A stretch of DNA of 64,000 nt from an uncultured candidate division Zixibacteria bacterium (GTDB taxonomy: Bacteria; Zixibacteria; MSB-5A5; GN15; FEB-12), in assembly GCA_963664195.1 (NCBI GenBank), contig OY760907.1:3392001-3456000 (forward strand), written 5' to 3'. The notes beneath the pieces are model-generated. The model made no database searches and was not told the origin of the DNA. It saw only the letters and a program-made list of their open reading frames with translations. A program made the translations under genes and the position numbers. Shown here one piece after another: positions 37,340-47,512 of this stretch. Numbering within the stretch: position 1 is the first letter of the stretch; each line of letters opens with the position of its first letter.

Positions 37340-40096
37340 TCAGTCTTGCACTACCAGATGACTGGTTTCACGCACCACTGGATCCGGGTCGTCCAGTGCT
37401 CGTTGACAGGCCTCACGCAACGCGGCAGTCAAGCCTTCTCTGCTCGCGTAGATAGCGCACGCACGCAACCAACCGTCGTCACCCTCGATCAGATGCAGCA
37501 AAGCCGCCTCCCTGGTGTCAAAGGTCAGACCGAAGAGCGTCTTCCCTGTCTGGATCATCGATTCCGGCGGAGTATCATCCACAATTGGAAACAAATGCCG
37601 TTTGCGCTCACCATCGAGTAGATTGTCCAACAATTCTATCGCGCTGCCTCTCTGGACCGGGTTGTTTCCCACGATACTGCGATACGCGTTAACGATATCC
37701 TTTGCAGAGTAGCAGAGCCCCAACAGCCGGAAGATTCTCTCCAGATTCTGATCCAGCTTTTCCTGCAGTGTCCGAATCAATAGCTCCATGGCCGGAGATT
37801 TGAAGTCCAGACCGTTTCGGTACAGTAGCTGGTGAGTCTCGTAGTAATGCCGCGATTCGTCAATCAGAGAAGAGGTAAGCAGCAAGTCGGGGAACCTGAG
37901 CTGGTCGAATCGATCCCGCAGTTTGTTCAAAGCGCGCACAACGGGATAGCGGTGTAGGGGAGCCACTTCGGGAAGTACGCCCAAAAGAGTATCGATGGCG
38001 GCTTGATCGGGGATGCGCGATATAACTCTCGGGATGTTGTTCCGAATTCTGAGATCAGTGGATATATCCAGTAACCTGCTTCGCAGTGTCCCCAGAACCC
38101 CCGGACCATAGTCCGCCAGTGCAGCAATTGCTGACGGTCGGCAATGACTGTCACGAAGTCGGTTCAGAAGCGGATCGACGAATACATGACTCCCCGACTC
38201 ACCCGCACTCTGAATGGCTGCTCTTACCACCATCTCAGACGGATCCTCAAGCAGTTGTGTAGTGCAGTAATACAGATCCGTATACTGAAGCTCTCCGATA
38301 GCACGCGCGATAGCGGCCCTGACCAGTGAACGATCCTCCCCGGGATAGTCCATCAACTCGAGGATCATGTCACGGTCTACCAACGCCCGCTCTTCGTCCG
38401 AACCACATTCCACAGCGCAATCGAGCGCCGCGATTCGTATGCGGAGGTCGGAGTGACGAAGATATCCGGCCAGGCCGATCTTACGACCTTCATCATCCAG
38501 CATTGCTGCCAGCAGACTCACAGCCTCGCGGCGAATATTCGGATCGGAGTCGACCAGGAATCGCTCCACAAATTCCGCAGAGAGCTTCTCGGGATACTGT
38601 TTGAGGACTAAAAATGTAGCAAGCCGCACTTCCGTAGATTGACTATCCGTCAATCCGGCGACGACATCGAAAACGCTGTCGTCCTTGACGGCCGAGAGCA
38701 TGTTGATAGCGTAAACAACCTCGCGGTCGTTCTCGCTCTTGAGGGCTTCAAGCAGTGTCTTTACCGTGGCTGCCTCGGTGATGTCTATGCGGATGTCTTT
38801 CAGGTCAATCTCGCGGGTCCGGAGCAACCGGCTGAGAGCCCTGGTGTACTCTTTGCGGGCAAAAATCACCAGGCACAACCAGGCCGCCGTCAGCATCCCC
38901 ACAACAAAGCTGACCTGTGAAACTGAAAGATGCATCACCATTGTAAACAGCAGGAGTAGACCGCCGGCAACGCCCTGAAACCATCGATCAACAAACATAT
39001 CTATGAAGACTTTGGTGCGCTTCTTGACTTCCAGAGGCACTGGTAAGTAGAGCAATTCACGTCCGGTCTTGTCAGCCGAGTAGCTCAAGCTGCCTTCGAG
39101 TCCGCGAACGACGATCGCAAGAGCCAATCCCGGCAGCAGGAACATACCGATTGAGCCGAGCAACAAACCCAGCGGCATAATCAGAATGACTCCTCCCACG
39201 CCGTATTTCTTTAGCAACCGGTGTGTCAGGAACAGCTGGAGCAATACGGAAGCGACACTGAGCAAACCATAGAAGCGTCCCAAAAACGCCGTCAACTCAC
39301 CCTCTCCCGGATAGACAGCGGCCGCCACGGTCTTGAACTGAAAATCGATCAGAGAGGATGACATCGTTGTGAGGGCGATTATCCCCACGATAATCATCAG
39401 GTACTTTGACCGACTGATCGTCCTGAGAACCATCCCGAGCGGACGATTCATTCCCAGACGGTCTTTTTTGGGGTTTGCCTCTTCAACAAACTCGGTTGGC
39501 CGTTTGACCCAGATGAGGTTTACCAACGATACGGTCAGCGCCAGAATGCCCATGCAGGCAAACAGCAAATCAGAGGTCGACAATCCCAGAGTCGAGGTAA
39601 GTACACTCGTCAGCCCACCGCCGAGTATGGCGCCGGCAATACCGCCCAACCCCAACAGCACAAACAACCGCTTGGCCTGCGAAGCATTGTACACGGCGTT
39701 GGCCAGCAACCAGAATTGCGAGACGGTCAGGATCCCGTAGATACTCACCCACACGTAAAACAGATAGAACACCCAGGTCCCCCCAAAACCCATAAGCCAG
39801 CGAAGAATCAGCAGATTAGCGATGAGCACAACTGTGGTACCGTTGATGAGACTGCGAAGACTGACCTTTCGACTCGCGCGAGCATAGATCGCGGTAACCG
39901 GCACCCCCACTAAAGCGATAAGAATGAACACCCAGGGCAACTGGTTCGCACCCAGCTTCACAAGAAACAGGCTGTCTCGTGCAGGCTTCAGCAGATACAA
40001 CGTTATCAGTATGAGGAAATGATACAGCGCCATCAATAGCGTGATGGTTCGCTCTCCCTCACGGATATCGTACGCTCTGAAAATGAAGCCGAACAT
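37340..40096 (-). CDS. NTT/TLC-family (Npt1/Npt2-like) transporter fused to HEAT repeats
   Basis: LLKPARDSLF, QFW.LAN......AKRLF, DFQFK, YS.DK...ELLYLP...K...K.FID; ~480 aa of HEAT repeats. Confidence 0.85.
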   Translation of the reverse strand: MFGFIFRAYDIREGERTITLLMALYHFLILITLYLLKPARDSLFLVKLGANQLPWVFILIALVGVPVTAIYARASRKVSLRSLINGTTVVLIANLLILRWLMGFGGTWVFYLFYVWVSIYGILTVSQFWLLANAVYNASQAKRLFVLLGLGGIAGAILGGGLTSVLTSTLGLSTSDLLFACMGILALTVSLVNLIWVKRPTEFVEEANPKKDRLGMNRPLGMVLRTISRSKYLMIIVGIIALTTMSSSLIDFQFKTVAAAVYPGEGELTAFLGRFYGLLSVASVLLQLFLTHRLLKKYGVGGVILIMPLGLLLGSIGMFLLPGLALAIVVRGLEGSLSYSADKTGRELLYLPVPLEVKKRTKVFIDMFVDRWFQGVAGGLLLLFTMVMHLSVSQVSFVVGMLTAAWLCLVIFARKEYTRALSRLLRTREIDLKDIRIDITEAATVKTLLEALKSENDREVVYAINMLSAVKDDSVFDVVAGLTDSQSTEVRLATFLVLKQYPEKLSAEFVERFLVDSDPNIRREAVSLLAAMLDDEGRKIGLAGYLRHSDLRIRIAALDCAVECGSDEERALVDRDMILELMDYPGEDRSLVRAAIARAIGELQYTDLYYCTTQLLEDPSEMVVRAAIQSAGESGSHVFVDPLLNRLRDSHCRPSAIAALADYGPGVLGTLRSRLLDISTDLRIRNNIPRVISRIPDQAAIDTLLGVLPEVAPLHRYPVVRALNKLRDRFDQLRFPDLLLTSSLIDESRHYYETHQLLYRNGLDFKSPAMELLIRTLQEKLDQNLERIFRLLGLCYSAKDIVNAYRSIVGNNPVQRGSAIELLDNLLDGERKRHLFPIVDDTPPESMIQTGKTLFGLTFDTREAALLHLIEGDDGWLRACAIYASREGLTAALREACQRALDDPDPVVRETSHLVVQD

Positions 40097-40117
40097 CGGA
40101 CTGTCAAGCCAAAACCG

Positions 40118-42355
40118 TTAGCTGATCTTGCTTGATCCCCCTTCCCCCCGGTCGTCGACCAGCTCGTCGAGATTGACTGGCAGCTTTATGGTGAAGGTCG
40201 TTCCCTCCCCCACGCGGCTTTCGACCAGGATTTCGCCGCGATGATCCTGAATGATCTGGTAACAAATCGACAGCCCCAACCCTGTGCCAACGCCCACACC
40301 TTTGGTCGTGAAACCGGGATCAAACACCTTGTCCAGTTTCTCTGGTACGATGCCGGCCCCGGTATCGGATATGGCAATGACGATCTCGTTGCTATCTCTT
40401 CTCGTGTTGATGGTAATAATACCCTTGTCCACGATCGCCTGCCCGGCGTTGACGAATAGATTGAGGAATATCTGGTTGAGCTGTCCCGGATAACAGGCTA
40501 TCGGCGGGATATCGCCGTACTCCCGAACGATGGTCACGTGATGTTTCAACTGGTGGTGCACCATGCTGAGGCTGTCCTCGATTCCCTCATGTATGTCGAC
40601 AACCTTCAGCTCGGCCTCATCTAAACGGGCAAAACTCTTCAGACGTCTGACTATAGAGGTGACCCGTTCGCAGCCTGACTCTATGACGCGATTGGCATCA
40701 TCGATAACTTTGAAAGCCCGGCTCGCTTCAGAGGAAGAGTCACTGTCTTGATTCTTGACCGAATCCCGGAGCTTGCTCATGGCTCTCACAAGCGTGTTGT
40801 GCATGCTGGAGATAGCGCCTACAGGAGTGTTGATTTCATGCGCGACCCCAGCCACGAGCATCCCCATAGAAGCCATCTTCTCCGACTGAATGAGCTGCGA
40901 TTGCGTCCGTTTGAGGTTTGCGTGCGTCTTCTCCAGATCTGCCAGAGCTTTTTCGAGCTTCTCCGCTTCCTTGAGCTGTTCGGCCTGGTGCGCCAGATCC
41001 TGCTCGAGGAGCTTGCGTCTCAATTCCTGCTCCTTTGCCTCGCGTTCCTGTCTGAGAGTTCGCTGCGACAGGTCACTCACTTTGGCCAATTGAGTGGCCA
41101 GTTTCAGATTGGTGCGCGCGATATTGCGAGCAACGGAGAACGACATGGAGATCAGCAGTATGAGAATCCCCCACAGGTACGGGTAGCTGAAGAGACTCAT
41201 ACCTCCATACCCACCACCAACATCGAAGAGCATCTGAATCAACGATAGTACAATGAAACAGAAGCTGCCGACGCCAATAATCAGAGAGCCTTCCTTCTTG
41301 TGCTTGATACCCACTACCAACACCCGGAGCATCTCGACCAAGACAAGAACCACAAAAACATAGATACCTGACTCGGGCATAGTCCAGCAAAAACCGGCAA
41401 AAAGAATCCCCAGACCGAGAATCACCCAGAACTGCCGTGGTAATCGAGTATAGAAGATGCCGTACAGAAACCTCGCCCCGGTTATGCCAACGGCCACAAG
41501 CGCCACCTTGAAGAGCGTAATGGAGGCGATGAACCAAACGATGTTCTCCTGACTTACCGCCGCGAACGGCAGATACGCGATCGCAGCGCATGAGAACCCG
41601 AAAAGCGCGAAGTACAGATTGTTCTGATCTTCCCTGCCCCATCGATTGAAGAAGAAAATCAGAAGGTGTATCAGAGAAACCACGAGTGCGGATAACGCAA
41701 AGGTAAACTGTAGGATCTTCAAGCGATTCGTCATCTGGACAATGCCCCCCATACCCCGTTGGACAGAGGTAACGCCCGCAAGGAAGAACGTCTCGGCACC
41801 AACTCGATCCTGAGCCGCTATTCTGTGATTCGAGAACCGCACGGCAACAACTACCGTGTCCCGGCGCAGAATAAGCGACCTGGACTCTGGTCGGATGATG
41901 AGAGCGTATTCCTCGGCCTCCTCGGTGGCTCCGACCACGCCGAGCGACTGCTCCAGTTTGCCGTCTACATAGAACTCTGAAGCACCCAACTGCCAGACTA
42001 TCAGCAACTGTGGCATTCCAATACGCCCGGAGTCTACCGGGACCCTCGTGCGAAACCAACCGATGCCTGTCCAGTGCGGTCGAACTTCATCTTTCCACCC
42101 CGCGACCGGATTGACCAACCGCCAATCCCGGTCATCGAAGTCCACACTTTTCCAGGTCGAGTCGTCCCCAGGACTGAAACGCCAGAGAGGACCAAAGACG
42201 ATATCCGAACCGGTTGTATCCGGCGCACCAGGGAGTAACCTGGGGACGGCCTCGCTGACACGACTTGAGGGATCCTGAGCTCCCATGACAGTGCCCCCCG
42301 GCAAGAGGAAAGCGCAGGCCAGGAGTACTGTCAATGACAGACTAATTCTGTTCAT
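40118..42355 (-). CDS. Membrane sensor histidine kinase (periplasmic sugar-binding-like domain + 7TM-DISM-like + HisKA/HATPase)
   Basis: Signal peptide, W.F.PGDD..W....DD..W...GIGWFR domain, ~7 TM segments, AHEINTP, NA.QA, D.G.GI, GTGLGL. Confidence 0.88.
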   Translation of the reverse strand: MNRISLSLTVLLACAFLLPGGTVMGAQDPSSRVSEAVPRLLPGAPDTTGSDIVFGPLWRFSPGDDSTWKSVDFDDRDWRLVNPVAGWKDEVRPHWTGIGWFRTRVPVDSGRIGMPQLLIVWQLGASEFYVDGKLEQSLGVVGATEEAEEYALIIRPESRSLILRRDTVVVAVRFSNHRIAAQDRVGAETFFLAGVTSVQRGMGGIVQMTNRLKILQFTFALSALVVSLIHLLIFFFNRWGREDQNNLYFALFGFSCAAIAYLPFAAVSQENIVWFIASITLFKVALVAVGITGARFLYGIFYTRLPRQFWVILGLGILFAGFCWTMPESGIYVFVVLVLVEMLRVLVVGIKHKKEGSLIIGVGSFCFIVLSLIQMLFDVGGGYGGMSLFSYPYLWGILILLISMSFSVARNIARTNLKLATQLAKVSDLSQRTLRQEREAKEQELRRKLLEQDLAHQAEQLKEAEKLEKALADLEKTHANLKRTQSQLIQSEKMASMGMLVAGVAHEINTPVGAISSMHNTLVRAMSKLRDSVKNQDSDSSSEASRAFKVIDDANRVIESGCERVTSIVRRLKSFARLDEAELKVVDIHEGIEDSLSMVHHQLKHHVTIVREYGDIPPIACYPGQLNQIFLNLFVNAGQAIVDKGIITINTRRDSNEIVIAISDTGAGIVPEKLDKVFDPGFTTKGVGVGTGLGLSICYQIIQDHRGEILVESRVGEGTTFTIKLPVNLDELVDDRGEGGSSKIS

Positions 42356-45300
42356 TTTCCACAATCTCGTCAAGGTTCATCGGCAGTATAATAGTGAAGG
42401 TCGTCCCTTTCCCCAAGCGGCTTTCGGCCAAGATTTCGCCGCGATGATCCTGAATGATCTGATAGCAAATCGACAGGCCAAGTCCGGTCCCCACGCCAAC
42501 CCCTTTGGTAGTGAATCCCGGATCAAACACCTTTTCAAGATTCTCCGGCGCTATACCCCGACCGGAGTCCGTTATCCTGATGGCGATTTTGCCGTCTTCA
42601 CGAGAAGTAGCAATCCGTATCGTCCCCTTGCCGTCAATTGCCTGTCGCGCGTTGTTAAGCAGGTTCAGAAACACTTGATTGAGCTGCCCGGGGAAACACG
42701 CAATCTGAGGAATGTCACCAAACTCTCGAACGACTTCTATTCGGTTTTTGATTTCGTGATGAATGAGCGTCAGCGTGTCCTCGATGCCGTCATGCACGTC
42801 CACCGTCTTCAAATCCGATTCATCTAGCCGCGCAAAACTACGCAGACGTCGGACAATGGTGGTGACCCGTTCGGTTCCGTTTTCGATCACCCGATTGGCG
42901 TCATCTATCACTTTGAGCAGCGAAGCCAATCTGTCTCTTGCAGCACAATCCAACCCGCAGTCTTCCGCAAGCGACGTCTTCAGCCTATCGTATGCACGCA
43001 CTAATGTATTGTGCATGCTGTTGACCGCGCCTATGGGCGTGTTTATCTCGTGCGCAATCCCTGCTACCAAGAGGCCCAGCGAGGCCATTTTCTCTGACCG
43101 CACGAGTTGTGATTGCGTTGTTTTGAGGTGCGTGTACGCCTCCTGCAGCTCATCATTGACTGCCTTAATGTGCGTGATATCGTGAGCCACGCCGATAACC
43201 TCGATTATCCGATCTTGATCATCCTTGATAATCGAAGCATCGGCGGAGAACCACAGGTACTGCCCGTCCTTGTGTCTGAGGCGCGAACCGGTGTATGCTT
43301 TTTCGCCGCGATTCTCACTGGAGAAACCGCCGGCAATCCATTGATGTGTATCCGGGACGTCGTCCGGATGCAGCAGCGTCGTGATCCGCTCACCGATGAA
43401 GTCCACGATGTCATGCCCCAGGAATTCTGTGAATGAGGGCGACAGATAGGTGAAGCAAGCATCGGCATCAAGAGAGAATATGATCCCTCTGGCATTCTCT
43501 ACCAATCCACGGAACCGCTCCTCGCTGACGCGAATCGCGACCTCAGCTTCTTTGCGGGCACTGATATCGTAGATGCCGCCGATGATGACCGATTCGCCCG
43601 CAAGCGACGAAACCACCAGCGAGAGCAAACACCAAATGAACGATCCGTCGCGCCTCTTCAGTCTGAGTTCAAAATCGCGGACGGCCCCATCCCTCTTGAG
43701 TCTCCTGACCAACATGTCACGGTCGTCAGAATCGTAATAGAAGTCTGGCGTCAACTTCCCGAAGAGTTCGTCCACTTCATACCCCATCAGCTCACCCAGA
43801 TGACTATTGGCATATATGATGAGGCCGTCGTCGACCCGACTGACTATCAGCGGAATGGGCGACGCATCGACAATGATCCGCAACTGCTCGTCAGCCTTCT
43901 TCAACGCCGTTATATCGCCAAAGGACCAGACACGGCCCGGCTGTCCGTCGCCCTGACTGTCCACAGAAATGGATTCGAGATTGATGATCCGTCCATCGGG
44001 CTGTTTGAGAGTCAGCGATTCTCGAAACATGGAACGAGGATCTTCGTCCATCGCCGGATGGCCGGCATTCTGTTCAATGACTTGACGGACTCTGTCGCGG
44101 AAAGAACCGGGAAACTCAAACCGACCTTCAATACTCTCACAGAAGGCGTCAAAAGACATACCAATGGTTTCCGTCATACTGAGGCCGAACATCGGTTCCA
44201 CGCCCCTGTTCGCAATCGTGATAACGCCTTCGTGGTTCACCAGAATCAGCGGAACGCTGGCAGCATCGAGGATAGCTCGTAGTTCGTCCCGACTCCGAGC
44301 CTGAATAGCTGCAAGCTTCTCAAGTTCGGCGTGCTTCTCCTCCAGTTGTTCTTGAGCCACGAGAAGTTCCACGTTGGCATGCCCGAGTTCCAGGGCGCTG
44401 ATCTCGAGCTGTTTCGCCTTTTTCCGAAGCTCTTCGTTAGCGTCGCTGAGGGACTCGGTGCGTTCGCGGACTGTGTTTTCAAGATTCTGGTATGACCTCA
44501 GATTGTCAAATGCCAGCCCAACCATTGACGCAAAAGTCTCGAAGCGAGCAATATCGTGAGCGCCCATAGAACGCTCATGAAGCTGCATGTTCGCAACGAG
44601 CAAACCTATCGGCTCTTCTCGCAGCCGCACCGGAGTTATTACCGCAGCATTTGCCTGGAGTGCTTCGGCAGCGGCCCGGGGCCATCGTTTGTCAGCAAGA
44701 AGATCCGGTACGAAGATGGTCTTATTCTCAGAGAGAGCCTCCTCAAAATGCGGAGGAGGACTCGCCAGTTCCTTCTTCACGCGTGTCACTTGCTCCATAC
44801 AGGCTTCATGGGAGACGCCATCAATTGCATGTGAAACCACGTCAAGCTCACCGTTTGACAAAAGCAGAAGTCCGGCCCTGTCAAAATCGAGTGACTGGAT
44901 CAACAGCCGGGGTATTATCTGCCGGAGTTCCTTCTCATCGACAATCCGAGACAATGCCTGCGACACGGCGTTAAGCCCCTCCAATTGTCGATTAGCGTAC
45001 TCAAGGCTGTTGGTACGCTCGCGTACCTTCTGTTCGAGTTCCTTCTGGTACTCCGCAAGCTGCCGCTCCAGCGCCGCCTGCTCCGTCACGTCACGCGCGA
45101 TGCCGTCGACACGAACGACCCCGCCCCCGGCATCAAGAATCGTATGACGATTGGCCTCCAGGACCTTGGTCTCTCCGTTGCTGGCGACCATTCGGAACCG
45201 GACAGTCTTCGAGCCCGGCCCCGGTCTGTCCGGACCATCGGTGTCGAACTCATCAAACACCGCGGCGTCGTCAGGATGAACCAGCTCCCTCGGTGTCCGC

Positions 45301-45827
45301 CCCAGAACATCCTTCGCAAGATACCCGGTAATGGATTCAAAAGCCGGACTGATGTCCGTCAATCGTCCCTCTTTGTTGAGCGAGAAAATGATGTCCGGGA
45401 CGTTCTCCGTCACTGATCGCAGATTGTTTTCTGATTCTTGAAGTCTGTTCTGAAGACGTGCCAGTTCAATGGCCTGATGAATCGTAATCTCCAGGTGGTC
45501 TATCTCAACTGGCTTCAGACAAAAGCTCTGGGCGCCTCGCTTGGTGGCCTCGACCGCCTTGGCAATAGTACCGTGGGCCGTCAGCAGAATGAACGGAGTT
45601 ACCGCACAGCATCGTCTGATCCTGAGAAGCACCTCCAGGCCATCAATACCTGGTAGATTCAGATCACAGAGGATGAGGTCGTGGCTTTCTCGATCAAAAG
45701 CCTCTATCCCTGCCTCGCCCGAGACCGCCTCGCTGACAACAAATCCGCGAGCGGTCAGCAATTCCGCAAGTTCCTCACGCTGGGCAGGAACGTCTTCGAT
45801 ATAGAGAACGTGGATTTTTTTATTCAC
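42342..45827 (-). CDS. Cytoplasmic hybrid kinase REC-PAS-GAF-PAS-PAS-PAS-HisKA-HATPase
   Basis: N-terminal receiver (YIED, CDLNLPG.DG, KP); HPDD PAS motifs; GAF; AHEINTP; GTGLGL. Confidence 0.92.
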   Translation of the reverse strand: MNKKIHVLYIEDVPAQREELAELLTARGFVVSEAVSGEAGIEAFDRESHDLILCDLNLPGIDGLEVLLRIRRCCAVTPFILLTAHGTIAKAVEATKRGAQSFCLKPVEIDHLEITIHQAIELARLQNRLQESENNLRSVTENVPDIIFSLNKEGRLTDISPAFESITGYLAKDVLGRTPRELVHPDDAAVFDEFDTDGPDRPGPGSKTVRFRMVASNGETKVLEANRHTILDAGGGVVRVDGIARDVTEQAALERQLAEYQKELEQKVRERTNSLEYANRQLEGLNAVSQALSRIVDEKELRQIIPRLLIQSLDFDRAGLLLLSNGELDVVSHAIDGVSHEACMEQVTRVKKELASPPPHFEEALSENKTIFVPDLLADKRWPRAAAEALQANAAVITPVRLREEPIGLLVANMQLHERSMGAHDIARFETFASMVGLAFDNLRSYQNLENTVRERTESLSDANEELRKKAKQLEISALELGHANVELLVAQEQLEEKHAELEKLAAIQARSRDELRAILDAASVPLILVNHEGVITIANRGVEPMFGLSMTETIGMSFDAFCESIEGRFEFPGSFRDRVRQVIEQNAGHPAMDEDPRSMFRESLTLKQPDGRIINLESISVDSQGDGQPGRVWSFGDITALKKADEQLRIIVDASPIPLIVSRVDDGLIIYANSHLGELMGYEVDELFGKLTPDFYYDSDDRDMLVRRLKRDGAVRDFELRLKRRDGSFIWCLLSLVVSSLAGESVIIGGIYDISARKEAEVAIRVSEERFRGLVENARGIIFSLDADACFTYLSPSFTEFLGHDIVDFIGERITTLLHPDDVPDTHQWIAGGFSSENRGEKAYTGSRLRHKDGQYLWFSADASIIKDDQDRIIEVIGVAHDITHIKAVNDELQEAYTHLKTTQSQLVRSEKMASLGLLVAGIAHEINTPIGAVNSMHNTLVRAYDRLKTSLAEDCGLDCAARDRLASLLKVIDDANRVIENGTERVTTIVRRLRSFARLDESDLKTVDVHDGIEDTLTLIHHEIKNRIEVVREFGDIPQIACFPGQLNQVFLNLLNNARQAIDGKGTIRIATSREDGKIAIRITDSGRGIAPENLEKVFDPGFTTKGVGVGTGLGLSICYQIIQDHRGEILAESRLGKGTTFTIILPMNLDEIVENEQN

Positions 45828-46108
45828 AGCATTCGTACACGCCCGTAACGGTTCTTCATTAGTAACGTCAACATAATCGTTGGCTCAGCCTGATTCAACC
45901 AAAAGCCGAGCCGTGGAACAACGAATCGATCCAACTGCCAGTTCGCAAAACGATTCGCATTTATGACCCTATCTTACGTCGGTCTCACAGTCTAGGGCCG
46001 CCATGGACGCCCAGTAAACCAATGATAATTAACCGGTTAGGGCTACTCTGCGGCCAAGGTCACCTTCGGCACACTTTTTACAACGCTTATTGCCGGGAGA
46101 AACTGATT

Positions 46109-46582
46109 ATGGAACACACAATCGCAGAGATCTACTCAACCGGTACCATTGCTCAGGCTTCCGGTCTCATAGCAATGGCCATCTTCTTCATCGTCGTGAG
46201 CGTGCAAGAACTCCGGGATGAACACCCCGCGGGACTCTTCATGCTTGCCCTGTCTGCTTTCTTCGCGGTCGTCCATATCCTGCTGCTTGCCGGCGTGTTT
46301 ACTTCAGGCCCCCTGGGGCAACCCATCCCGCACCTCAACATGTGGACCTGGCTGGCCTGCCTTCTCGCTCCGGCCGTAATCGGCCTCTTCGTGCTCAAGG
46401 GACTCTATGGTCTCCTTGCTTCCGACACAAGAGCGGGGCTGGTGAAGATGTTTTTTGGCCTTACTCTATTGTGCTTCCTGCACATGATCGGAACGGATTG
46501 GCCGATTGATGTCAAGGCCGTCCTGACCGTAATCTGGCTTACGGTGTTTTTCAAGATGGAATTGGGTGACCTCCGTCACTAG
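46109..46582 (+). CDS. Hypothetical multi-pass membrane protein (~5 TM)
   Basis: GGGAG RBS, ATG 46109, hydrophobic segments. Confidence 0.65.
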   Translation: MEHTIAEIYSTGTIAQASGLIAMAIFFIVVSVQELRDEHPAGLFMLALSAFFAVVHILLLAGVFTSGPLGQPIPHLNMWTWLACLLAPAVIGLFVLKGLYGLLASDTRAGLVKMFFGLTLLCFLHMIGTDWPIDVKAVLTVIWLTVFFKMELGDLRH

Positions 46583-46932
46583 TCGCCGCCGTCAAAAACA
46601 TTGGCAAGACTTAGGTCCCAATCGTCAGTACCGTCGGCCAGCAATCCTCATATCTGCCATATCGCACATTAGTCACCACCCGAACCAAAAACGAGCGGCC
46701 GATCCAGTAGATATTTCTGTCTCCCGCTTCCATCAGTTCTTCGGGATCCGGCGTCGCGGGCCGCTACGGGACAAGTCCGGCCAACAGGTGTCCCATGACC
46801 ATTTGCCGGATTCGATTACATTGATAGACAGCGACATGGGAGGGGACAATCCGTCTCCTCAGCATCGGTGTACCGTACCTTAGGTACTACTACTGAAGGA
46901 CACATCCATTGATCACAGAAACGCTATCCTTG

Positions 46933-47445
46933 ATGAATTTGGCCCGTCGGGCTATGATTGCTATCCTCTTGCTGGCACTCGTGGCTGGTCTTGTGCGGGC
47001 GGACGTCGAAGACTGTATGCATACAACAGGACAGGCATCCCTTACTCCCATGTCCTGGGACAACAGTTGCTTTCTGGCCGTGGGAGCCGTTCTTGAAATG
47101 CCCCCCGGCACTTCATCGGTTGCTCTGTTGAACGATGTTTCGGGCGAGGTTGAGGGGCGCCTCTGCTCGGTGAGCGCCACAGTGGATTCATCCTGTGTGG
47201 TCGAGGAACCCGGTTGCTGCACGGCTCCTTCCGTGGGGAATGTCGACGCATCGCTCGACGGACTGGTAACGATGTCCGACCTGACAATCCTCATAGATCA
47301 CCTGTTCATCTCGCTGCAACGACTGGCCTGTCCCGAGGAAGGAAACGTGGATATGAGTCCCGATGAGCTGGTAACCATGGGCGATCTGACGATCCTTATC
47401 GACCATCTCTTTGTTTCGCTCAACCCGCTTCCTCCGTGCCCGTGA
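46933..47445 (+). CDS. Small secreted protein with dockerin-like C-terminus (start uncertain, 46909-46954)
   Basis: Signal peptide (ILLLALVAGLVRA), ~70-aa Cys-containing stub, dockerin-like duplicate at 47215-47445. Confidence 0.75.
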   Translation: MNLARRAMIAILLLALVAGLVRADVEDCMHTTGQASLTPMSWDNSCFLAVGAVLEMPPGTSSVALLNDVSGEVEGRLCSVSATVDSSCVVEEPGCCTAPSVGNVDASLDGLVTMSDLTILIDHLFISLQRLACPEEGNVDMSPDELVTMGDLTILIDHLFVSLNPLPPCP

Positions 47446-47481
47446 GCGCCGTTCCATCGGTTAGGTCAGGCACATAAGTCC

Positions 47482-47512
47482 TTGACCCAAAATAAAAAAG
47501 AAGTATATTGTA
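47482..47512 (+). promoter_or_regulatory. Sigma70-type promoter upstream of second C25 gene
   Basis: TTGACC-N16-TATATTGTA. Confidence 0.55.

Noticed and set aside
37259..37342. Stop-codon readthrough (TGA/Sec) fusing NTT-HEAT to the in-frame cNMP gene
   Set aside because: The 81-bp gap is in frame but holds further TAG, TAG and TAA stops.
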